From Eledone cirrhosa (lineage: Eukaryota): a DNA stretch of 64,000 bases. Of the stretch, positions 42,258 to 53,408 are shown one piece after another. A model generated the notes under the pieces. That model was given only the letters and a program-made list of their open reading frames with translations. It did no database searches and was not told the origin of the DNA. Each line of letters begins with the position of its first letter. Positions within the stretch are counted from its first letter, which is position 1. The stretch lies in assembly GCA_964016885.1 (NCBI GenBank), contig OZ024741.1:89156001-89220000 (forward strand), written 5' to 3'. Position numbers and translations under genes: made by a program.

Positions 42258-45200
42258 ATGGCTGGTTTACGAGTTGGAACCGTGAATGTGCGTGGCCTAG
42301 GGATGCCCTGGAAACAGGGCCAACTTTTAAACGACCTTAGGTCACACAGTATGGATGTGATAGCCATCACCGAGTCCAGAATCCACAACAGGCAGCAACT
42401 AACCCCCATCTTCGACGACTTTGAGATCTACGCATCTCTCTGTCAGCCAGGAGGTGGAGGTGGAGTGGCTGTTATGTTTCGGAAGAACCTGGACGTCGGA
42501 GTACAGCAAGTACACTTGGACCCGGAGGGTAGACTGGTAGTCCTAGACGTGAACAGTATCGGAGGTAGAGCCTTCAGACTGGTGGCCGTTTATGCCCCGA
42601 CCGGGCATTCGCAATCACGGCCAGACTTCTTTAAGCGTCTAGAGTCTTTTCTGGGAACGTCTCGCTCCTTACTTTTAGTGGGGGACTGGAATGGTATCCT
42701 AGATGCACGATGGGACTATGTGGGAGCATGTCCCAGTAGAGCGGGGTGCAACAGCCTCAAAACTTTAATCGGCCAATTCCAACTGGCCGATAGGTATCGA
42801 CTGGATTTCCCGACTGCACCACAGTGGACGTGGGTAAACCGCAGTGGGACATCTAGATCGTATTTAGATAGGTTCTTCATTAGAGAAAGGGACAAGGATA
42901 TGTTAAGCTGTCCACGAATGCACATGGTTGCCTATTCAGATCACAAGTTAGTCGTCTGCTTAGTCAACCGTGATAGAATACATAGACAGGGTCCCGGATA
43001 CTGGAAGCTGAACGTGTCGTTGCCGGCACGTAAAGCTTACAGTGAACGGATAAGTAAACTAGTCAAGCAACAGTTAACGGGAGCCATCGTCAACAATAGA
43101 TGGTGGTACTCTCTCAAGAAAGCAATTAGAATAGAATCGATAGGGTATAGCAGAGAGTTAGCCTTAAAGAAAAACAAAATAGAAAGAGAACTAGTAGCCA
43201 AGGTAGAGGAGGCACTTAGAAGTGGCAACGCGGCTAGAGTGTTAGCGTTGAGAACGGCACTGGACCAGTTCTTCGATGCGAAACACGAAGGCTGCGTGGT
43301 CAGAAGCAAAACACGTGCTCTAGGAAACGAAGGAGCGAAAGCTGTCAGCTGGGCCCGAGTGGCGGAGGCAAAAAGTGGCAACAAGTCCACGATTCGGTCT
43401 TTGAAAGACCAAAACGGACGCGTGCTACTTGACCCCAAGCAAATGTGCGCGGCCTTTCAGCGGCACTTTGCGCGACTGTTTGAGCAGAACGACGGTGAGC
43501 CGAACGGGGCAATGGACTTTAGTTCATACCTCGGCGGCCTGCCGCGTCTCTCGAACACGGACGCCGAGTTCTGCGAAAGACCGATCACGGACACTGAGAT
43601 ACGGGACGCTCTGGGCCGCTGCGGGAAACGCAAGTCACCCGGTCTAGATGGTCTACCCTACGAATTTTACATAGGCATGCCGGACTTGTTCTCTGGCGTC
43701 CTCGAAGCCGTCTACTGCAATTGGCAGCAGAACGGGAGAATTCCCAGTTCTGCAGGCAAGGGCGTAGTAACGCTGATCAGGAAAGACGAGAACAAGGGGG
43801 ACGAAATTAACAACTTCAGGCCCATAACTCTGCTCAACACAGAGTTAAAGATTTTGGCCAAGGTGCTAGCGACGAGGTTGGCGCTTGTCGTCGAGAACCT
43901 GGTAGGGAAAGCGCAAACGTGTGCAATCCGGACCAGGTCCATACACGACAACCTCCACCTCATGCGATACATCATAGAGAGGGTGGGTAGTAAACCCGGC
44001 TTCGGTGGGGCTCTGATCAACTTGGATCAGTCTAAGGCATTCGATAGGGTCGACCATCGATACTTGGAAGCGGTTCTCAAGGCGGCCGGTTTCCGTCCCG
44101 TGTTCAGAGGATGGATCGAGGCGATGCACACCAGCATCTGCTCGAGGGTCAAGGTGAACGGCTACCTATCGGAGCCGTTCGCAATCACGCGTTCCATTCG
44201 ACAGGGATGCCCTCTCTCCTCCATTCTGCGGAAATTGGAGCTGTTGCAGGGCATCCCCCTAGAACCGGGACTGCGCAAAGCGGCGTCGGCTTATGCCGAC
44301 GACGTGACAGTAATGGTGTCGAGCACCTCGGAAATCGGGGTGATCGGCAACATACTGAAAGAATACGAAACGCTGACGGGAGCAAAACTAAACCCAGACA
44401 AGTCTGTCGGTTTGCAACTCGGTACGTGGAGAGGCAAACCGATGACATCCGACAGCGTCGTTGGACGCTGGACGGACGGACCGGTGAAATTGCTCGGGGT
44501 CTGGTTCGGTCCAGACCTCCAGGTGGAGAAAAACTGGAACGAGGTCACGGCCAAGGTGTTTGCACTCACTCAGAAGTGGGCAGAGTGCAAACTGTCCTTG
44601 AAAGGTCGAGCGGAGGTGGCGAACACTTTCATAGCGTCCGTCATCTACTACCGCTTGACTGTCGTGCCTTGTCCCCGTGAACACCTCGCCAAGATGGAAC
44701 GCATGCTCTTCCAGTTTCTGTGGAAGAAGCAGGCTCCGCTGGTGAGGAGATCCGTCTGCTGTCAGCACCCTTCCAACGGAGGGCTGGGAATGCCGTGGCT
44801 GATGATGCGCAAACATGCGCTGAGGCTGCGGCATCTCCAGGTATTCCTCACCGACCCCCAACCAGTGTGGGCACCGTTTGTGAGACAGGCTTTCCCACAG
44901 CTCGTCTCGCTAACGGAGCTGCAGTCCTGGGTGAAGAAAAGACCGAAAACGATGGGCGCCTGGCACATTGAATGCGCTCAGGCGCTCACAGTCCTCTGGC
45001 AAGCGGGCGCAGCAATCAGTGGAGACTCCACTTCGACATTCTATAGAGGGATTGTACGTTACAAGGGCGACGACGTGCTCGGAGAGACTCTGGGCGTCGA
45101 AGACGATGAGCTCACCAGTATGTTTGGTAGGACTTTCCGCCCGGGACCTATGGACAACTTCCAGAGGTCCCTGGCCTGGCAGTGCTACCGAGGAGCTCTA

Positions 45201-45675
45201 CCGGTTCGTGACAAGATCTACAGGCACGGACGCCCTGGCAGGGATCCTTCCAAGAAGACGTGTCCAAGATGTGCGCAGGACATTGAAACAGTTCTGCACG
45301 CAATTGTACACTGCCCGGGCGTAAGCGACCTGTGGAACTATGCAGAACAACTGCTGTCGCGTATGGGACAAATCCAGTTGACTGCCGAGTCCATAGTAAG
45401 GATCAAACCGCCAGACTCTTTCAAAAACGAAAGAGAGGCGGTTTTCCTCTGTACGGTGGCTATGGTGAAAGAAGTTATATGGTGGACGAGGTTAAGGACT
45501 GAGGACAGATGCCTTTCTCTCCGGACAACAATTGATTCCCTTCTTTAAGTATCACTTTAGAAGGAGAATCAGGGTGGAGAGAGAGGCATTGCACCCCAGT
45601 AAATTTACTGAAAGGTGGGTGAATGAAGCGAAAATGGCCCGAGTGATTGGGCCTTCTCTGTTTATAAGCCTGTAG
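42258..45675 (+). pseudogene. LINE ORF2p: APE endonuclease + RT + C-terminal Cys-rich domain (slightly damaged)
   Basis: TVNVRG, GDWNG, SYLDRFF, YSDH, PGLDGLP, RPITLLN, LDQSKAFDRVDH, QGCPLS, YADD, CPRC..ETVLHAIVHC. ~10-codon deletion after QGCPLSS; frameshift at ~45497. Confidence 0.93.
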
Positions 45676-45959
45676 GTTGAAGAAGAGAGCAAAAGGAAGA
45701 AAGGAGCACTTGCACAACACGCTCATCGAGTTGAGGGTTGTTCTATCGACGGGGTATTAAACAACCCATTTGTGGCGCCTCCCCCCTATTGGGGATTTCG
45801 ATTGTTGAAATTGTTTGTTTTTATATTTTTTACACGACTATGTAAAATCCCCGGCATGTCTTTGTATTGTCCCCTTTCTTGTTGCGCCCTTGTGGCTAAT
45901 AAAGAAATCTATCTATCTCTGCCTGTCTGTCTATCTATCTATCTAACTATCTATCTATC

Positions 45960-45991
<32 letters not shown>

Positions 45992-46571
45992 ACTATCTAT
46001 CTATCTCTGCCTGTCTGTCCCCTTCTTTTGTGCCCCTGTGGCGAATAAAGAAACATATCTATCTATCTGTCTGTCTGACTGTCTATATTTTTCCTATTCA
46101 TTTTTTCCTTTCATTATTATTAATATTCTCGTCATTCAGGTCACACGGACACATCTCTTTTGCTCACTTTAAATTGTTGCTGTTGTCCTTGTTGTTGTCG
46201 ATGTTGTCGTCATTGTTATTAATAGGTCACAGCGTTTCCATGCGAGCAATCCGTAAAGTGCGGCATGTTAAGAGGAATTATTGCGGTTCAGCGCTTCCGA
46301 GTGCTATATAGGCGCACACTGAACAACATTCATGTATGTACACACACACACACGCGCACGCACGCACATCCCCCACATACAGCACACGCACATACACACA
46401 CACACCACACACACTCACACAGAGACAGACAGGCACACAGACAGACACACAGACGCACACACACAGACACATACACAGGCACAGACAGACACACACACAA
46501 ACACAGACACACACACACACACACACACACACGCGCACACGCACGCACACACACACACACACACGCACGCG

Positions 46572-46655
<84 letters not shown>

Positions 46656-46657
<2 letters not shown>

Positions 46658-48900
46658 AAGTCTGTCAAAAAAGTATTCGACCTTAGCCTGGGTAAAAATG
46701 ACGTACTTGGTAAGGTTCAATTGTTAACCACCTCCAACGTAGGCCCTTTTTCTCCTCCATACACTTAACTCAGTGATCCTTTCCCTGTCTTGAATGGTCC
46801 TCAGTTCCACCACTGTTGTCCGCATGATGTTATCTCGGCTCTCAAAATGTGAGCCTTTCAGTAGCTTCTTCCTTTTGGGGAACAACCAGAAATCAGAAAG
46901 AGCCATGTTTGGAGAGCAGGAAGCCTAGCAAATGAGCGAAATGCTTTTCTTTACCAAGAAACTTTGGAAGTGTTTCGATGAATGAGCAACGATATTGTCA
47001 TACTGCAACTGCCAGTTTTGCGAGGTTCGCAGATCCGTCCCTAGCGCTGAACTGCATCACAAAAACGTCTGGGGATTTCATAGAAGTACTTCTTTGTAAA
47101 TGTTTGTCCTTCTGTCAAGTATTTGTGCTGCGCAAAGCTTCGATAGTCGAAGAAAACAGTCAGCGTTACCTTCATTTTGTTCCGCACCTGACGTCATGGG
47201 CGAGTTTGGATGCTTCCATTGTGATGACTGACTTGGTTTTCGCGTCGTACTAGTACACCCACATCTAATATCTAGTTCTCACGGTATTCAGGAACTCAGG
47301 GTCCTTGTTGGCAATATCCAGCAGATCCTGCGCAACCTCAAGATGAAATTGTTGTTCCTGAGAAAATATTTGGCTGCCACTCTGCACGTGCCTAAATCCT
47401 TCCTTAAAATCATAATAGGTTTGACAGGAAGTTCTCGCTATTTTTCAATTTTACAAGTTAGAAGATTCGCCATCATTTGGGATTACCGTTTGCCATCGTT
47501 TCGGAAGCCATATGATTCCATCCCTGTAGAATTCTTTTGGCTTCGATGCAAAAAAATTCCGTCTGCTACTGATTTAACTGGTCTTCATTGCCGAAGGTCT
47601 TTGACTGCATTGCATTGCTTATTGAGAGAAAAAGACGGTAGTTTGTAGGTGCGAGGTCGGGTAAATATGGCAGGTGGGGCAGACCCTCCCAACCTAGCTC
47701 CAGTAGCTTCTCACGGGTCATCCTTGATGTATGTGGCCGAGTATTATCATGAAGCAATTGAACGGGACCATGGTGTGGGTGTACCTGTGCGATTTTCGCC
47801 GCTAATCTGTGAAGTTGTTGGCAATAGATGACAGAGGTAATGCTAGTGTTTTGTGGGAGCAGCTCGTAGTGGGTGACACCTTTCCAGCCATATCAGACGC
47901 TCAGTAGGGCCTTGCAAGGGTAGAGGCCAGCCTTTGATTGCCCATTGTTCATCACCAGTGACAATGGGACAAAACCAGTTGTTTATATACGATGGTAGCA
48001 GAGCAGAGAAGTTGCGACTGCCGCCCGCCATTTATGATGACGGTCAGTCACATTGTGGGGCACCCATTGGTCCTGCTTGGATACCTTTCCTAGTGCATGC
48101 AAGTGATTGAGGATGGTTGCTCTAAGCACTTCGGAGAGTTGACATGATGTCTGGCGTAGGTCGGCTTCCACCAGCTCACGAGGCTGCTCATCATTGAAGT
48201 CGGATGGACGTCATGCGCGAGATCGGTCTTCAAGGCTTTAATCACCGGAAGTGTGCGAACCAGTCCCTGGTACTACGTTCAGATATGGTGTGTGACCTAA
48301 ATGCAGTGTTAATGCGTCGATTCGATGCTGCTGCGCTTAGGCCAGATTTGAAGTCATAAGGTAAACAGCCATGAATTATCGATTTAGATAGATCCGGGTT
48401 GCTTTCCCTTTGACGGTGTAACATAAAATGAGAAATGCACATAGTGTATACCAACGTCACTTCTTATACAATGTGCACATGTGCAACCGTCAATGTTTCC
48501 AGAAAACCTACCAAAATACCTCCTTTTGAAAAATGGCGGGAACTTACTGTCCAACCAAATATATGTAGTATCTTTACTTATCCCAACCTCGTCAGCGATT
48601 TCCCGCACCATCAAACGAGGATCTCCCATTATCAAGATCCGTACTTTCCCCATAACAACTGCATTGCAAATTGTTCGATGCGTGGCCATCTTTGAATCAG
48701 CAGAAATATTTTATTTAGATAACACCCATGGTATTGTCTCCAAAAGCCTGTTGAATTTCGCAAATTGTTTCCGCTTGAATATCTCCAAGATTTTCACAAA
48801 ACTTGATGCAAGATCATTGCTCCACATGTCATGTTATCACGAGCGAAATGATTATGCAACGAGTTAGTACAAAAACTCACACACTGGTTTCCTGGCACAT
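46656..48900 (-). mobile_element. Decayed mariner (outer element), split by a second mariner
   Basis: DPRLMVREIADEVGISKD (48570-48640) continues as MILRKDLG..RVAAK (<47413); SDFWLFPK.KKLLKG.HF near 46850-46900; TIR-like AAGTCTGTCAAAAAAGTATTCGACCT at 46658. Confidence 0.75.
47413..48561 (-). mobile_element. Decayed full-length mariner (inner element) with both TIRs
   Basis: TIRs TAATAGGTTTGACAGGAAGTTCTCGC / GCGGGAACTTACTGTCCAACCAAATA. Motifs WVPH, IVTGDE, HDNTRPH, HLPYLPDLAPTNY. Confidence 0.88.
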
Positions 48901-49083
48901 CCAGCGAGCTCACAAAAAATCATGTATGCGCAATTATCTGCCAAACTATCTGCTAGTCTATATACCAGTCTAACTATTTATCAATCTATCTGTCAGTCAA
49001 ACTATCCATCTGTCACTCTATATACCAAACTATCTGTCTGTCAGTCTATTCATCCATCCATCCATTCTTCCTTCCATCCATCC

Positions 49084-49145
<62 letters not shown>

Positions 49146-49146
49146 A

Positions 49147-49235
<89 letters not shown>

Positions 49236-49237
<2 letters not shown>

Positions 49238-50560
49238 GCGCAAACACGTACTGCGGCTACGCCATCTCCAGGTACTCCTGACCGGTGAACCGGTGTGGCT
49301 GTCGTTTGTGAGACAAGCTCTTCCACAACTCGTCTCACTAACAGAGCTGCAGTTCTGGGTCAAGCGAAGACCGAAAATGGGTAGCTGGCACCCCGAGTGC
49401 CTTCAGGCGCTCACAGCCCTCTACCAAGCGGAAACGGCAATCAGCGGAGACTCCACTTCGACATTCTATAAGGGATTAGTGGAGGATAAGTGGGACGACG
49501 TTCTAGGGGAAACTCTAGGCATCGAGGAGGACGAACTGACCAGTCTGTTCGGGAGGACTTTCCGTCCAGGGCTTATGGATAACTCCCAGAGGTCTCTGGC
49601 CTGGCAGTGCTACCGAGGAGCTCTACCAGTTCGAGACAAGATCTACAGGCACGGACGCCCTGGCAGAGATCCTGCCAAAAGGACCTGTCCTAGATGCGAG
49701 CAGGACATCGAAACCGTTATGCACGCAATTTTTCAGTGCCCAGAGGTGACCGACCTGTGGAATTATGTCGAACAGCTACTGTCACGTGTGGGACTCATCT
49801 AGTTTTCAGCCGAGTCCATGGTGAGGATCACCCCGCCGCCTTCATTTAAGAATGAAGGAGAGGCGGTTTTCCTCTGTCTGGTGGCTATGGCGAAAGAGGT
49901 AATATGGTGGACGAGGTTAAAAGGACTGAGGGCAAATACCTTTCTCTCCGGACAGCAACTCATCCCCTTCTTTAAGTACCACTTCAGGAGGAACGTGAGA
50001 GTGGAGAGAAAGGTGCTACACCCCAGTAAATTCGCTGAAAGGTGGGTGAATGTGGCGAAAATGGCCCGAGTGAATGGGCCTTCTCTGTATATAAACTTGT
50101 AGGTTGAGGAAGATAAACAGAGGGAAGACAGGAACACCTACAAAACGTGTTCCTAGTGTTGAGGGTTGTTCTATCCACGGAGTGTAAAACAACCCTGCAG
50201 TAACGTTCTCCCCTATTGGGGATTTCAATTATTATTTTATTATATATAAGGGCGGTGGATTGGCAGTATCAGTAGAGGGTCGGACGCCATGCTTTCCAGC
50301 ATAGTTACGTCCCTTTACGATCTGAGTTCAAATCCCGCCGAGGTTGACTTTGCCTTTCATCCTTACGGGGTCGATAAAATAAAGTACCAGTAATGCACTG
50401 GGTAATTGCTGGCCTTGTGCCTAAAGTAGAAACAATTATTTTATTATATATAGTTTATTGTTATTTATTAATGTTAAAGTTATATGATTTTTATGTAAAA
50501 GCCCCGCCGTCACGTCTTGTAATGTCCCATTTTTGTACGCTCCTGTGGCAAATAAAGAAA
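49236..50560 (+). mobile_element. 5'-truncated Tx1 copy in (TATC)n, carrying a SINE
   Basis: Begins MRKHVLRLRHLQ directly after (TATC)n and ends AATAAAGAAA-(TATC)n. Confidence 0.92.
50249..50434 (+). mobile_element. Meta-like tRNA SINE with 18-bp TSD
   Basis: TSD ATTATTTTATTATATATA at 50231-50248 and 50435-50452. Empty site in the sister copy at ~51035-51060. Confidence 0.92.
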
Positions 50561-50562
50561 GA

Positions 50563-50626
<64 letters not shown>

Positions 50627-50627
<1 letters not shown>

Positions 50628-51167
50628 CCATCGTGTGGATCACCCGCCGCCTTCATTTAACACCAAAGCAGAGGCGGTTTTCCTCTGTCTGGAGGCTATG
50701 GCGAAAGAGGTAATATGGTGGACGAAGTTGAAAGGACTGAGGGCAAACATCTTCCTCTCCGGACAACAACTCATCTCCTTCTTTAAATACCACTTCAGAA
50801 GGAGGGGATGAGAGTTGAGAGAGAGGTGCTGCACCCCAGTAAATTCACTGAAAGGTGGGTGAATGTGGTGAAAATGGCCCGAGTGAGTGGGCCTTCTCTG
50901 TATATAAATCTGTAGGTTGAGTAAGACAAAAGAGGGAGGACGGGAACATCTACAAAACGTTTTCCTGGTGTTGAGGGTTGTTCTATCTTGTAAAATAATC
51001 CTGCACTAACGTTTCCCCCTATTGGGGATTTTGATTGTTATTTTATTTTAATATATAGTTTATTTTAATTTATTAATGTTAAAGTTTACACAATCTTTAT
51101 GTAAAACCCCCGCCGTCACGTATTGTAATGTCCCATTTCTTGTGCACCCTTGTGGCAAATAAAGAAA
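50627..51167 (+). mobile_element. 5'-truncated Tx1 copy in (TATC)n
   Basis: ORF2 C-terminal remnant plus 3' UTR, same subfamily as 49236-50560. Confidence 0.9.
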
Positions 51168-51431
51168 CATCTATCTATCTATCTCTCTCTATCAGACGTG
51201 TGTAACTTCGCGGAGAAGTTAATTTATGTAAGAAAAAAACGTGAGTTTTCAGTTAAATTTTATATTATTGTGTAACTTGCCCCCCCCCCCCCCCCCCGTC
51301 TGGACCTTCAGGTGGTGGGTCAACTCATTTTCGCCCCTACAGGGGCGAAATATTCGTTTGAAAAATTTTTTCTCCATCGAATTTAAAAAAAATAAAAAAA
51401 AAAAAAAAAAAATTATAACTTTGATTACGTT

Positions 51432-53375
51432 ATGAAGGCTGCGTTCAACGATAATGGTGGTGGAGAGTCGGTAAGACTACATAGCTCACAGTCAACATCG
51501 TCTTCTTCCCTTTCCTTCTCAATAGATACTATAGAGATGGAAAGACGAAATGAAAATGTAAAAACAAATTCATATCCAAGCAACACAAATGACACCAAAC
51601 AGTTCAATGACAACAAAAATAACAGCAACACCAATAATGATGATAAAAACAACAATGATAACAACAACAAAGAAAAAAATAAAGACAACACCAATAACAC
51701 CAGCATCAAAGACAACAACAACACTAACACCAATACCAAGGAAAATACGAATAATATCAACATTGGTGACAACAAGAATAACAACAACAATAACAACAAT
51801 AATGACAACACCACCAACACGGATAATTCCACAAAGAAACCAAAATCTCCTTTGCACAGACAGCTCAGAAAAAGGAGGAACTGACATATCTCGACATAAC
51901 AAATGCCGAACAACTTTTAAAAGACGCTAGGAGATATGTCACTTTCGAAAAAAAATGGTGCTTTCAGCATCAATTCTTCGGTAGAAATTCGCAAGGAAAC
52001 TGCTCTCAAAACGATAGTTTTTAGGACAGTTTCCAATTCTACCCGAAAACCAGTCCAATTGTCACAGAAAGAAATTGAACTGGTTTTCAAAAATTCAATG
52101 AATGATATTGCATTCATTCAAAGAAGCAAACTTTTTGGGAGTATTTCGGTACTCATGAAGGATCAATTGACGGCCCAAAATTACTCTGTGTCGCCAATTG
52201 TATCCAACCTGTACACCTTTTTCCCTACATACATGGGAAAAAGGACACAAAAGATCAAAATCCCGAGTGTCACACCAAAGGTGAACATATGGTGGATACT
52301 GTGCGGCTTCATCAATTTTGATGAAGACAGAATACTGTCAGTAGGAAAGTCCCCCAGAGATGTATTCAATGGGACTAGCATTGAAGTTCTGGTGCAACTG
52401 AGCTCAGAGCGAATAGCTATGATTCCACAACGTGTACTCCTGGACGGACTCACCTACATAAACGTTTCGGTTGAGGGTAGGCGGCCTTCATGTTACCATT
52501 GCTTTAGCAGGGGTCACCTGAAGGCTTCCTGTCCTAAATTAATGAGTCAAAAAAAGGCTCTTCTGCCGACACCCATCAAAACAACACAACCACCAACACC
52601 ACCACCACAACAACAACACTAACACACAAAAATAACCACAACAAACACAGTCCCAGCCAACCCCACTCCACCTAAAACCACTGCAAAATCACATGCAGAC
52701 ACAACAGCTCCCCAAGACATACCCCTCCCCAATCACACAGACGATACAACAGATGAGGCTATCTCGCCATCACCCAGTGAAGACGAGGGAGAACCCCATC
52801 GCTTGAAAAGAAAGAAAAGACATCACAAAAGCAAAAAACGAGCAAACACTACCACAAACATACAACCACCAACACAAACAACAAAAACATCACAAACAAA
52901 ACCCCCACCTCCTGAAAACAAAATATCTACAACAAAACGAAAGCACACACAAGAACTACAGACAAAAACAAACACAACACAAGAAAATTACCCTTACACT
53001 TACATAAACACTGAAAACAAAACACTAATGGAGACCATCACGAACGACCCTTCGGTGAAAACCGAAGGGAAAACTTTCGCCCACTCTATTAAAAATAACA
53101 AAAAACTGAACCTAAAACTGATTAGGGTCCCTATACAAACTTATAGGTCCCTAAAAGAAACATTTGAGAAGGATGTGGGGAATTCCTGCGTGAAACCACT
53201 TAACCGCGTCCTTCTCAAATGTCTCCCCACCCCAGACACCCCTATCCCACCAGATCCCACCCCACCAAACATCTCCGTCCCCACCCCGCCGGAAACCACC
53301 ACCCATCCAGACAACCCCTCCAACACCCACATGGAAATCGTGCGGCCTGGTCCCCAGGAGACGAAGGGTGAGTGA
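51432..53375 (+). pseudogene. LINE ORF1p, disrupted
   Basis: CYHCFSRGHLKASCP knuckle; FFPTYMGKRTQKIKI shared with 40381; breaks near 51880-51930 and a stop at 52620. Confidence 0.9.
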
Positions 53376-53408
53376 TCTCTTTTCCTCTTTTAACTTTTCA
53401 GCACCAAC

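Larger units (their letters stand above)
40092..45907 (+). mobile_element. Near full-length L1/Tx1-clade LINE inserted in (TATC)n
   Basis: 5' UTR, ORF1, ORF2 and 3' UTR ending AATAAAGAAA. (TATC)n on both flanks. Confidence 0.95.
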
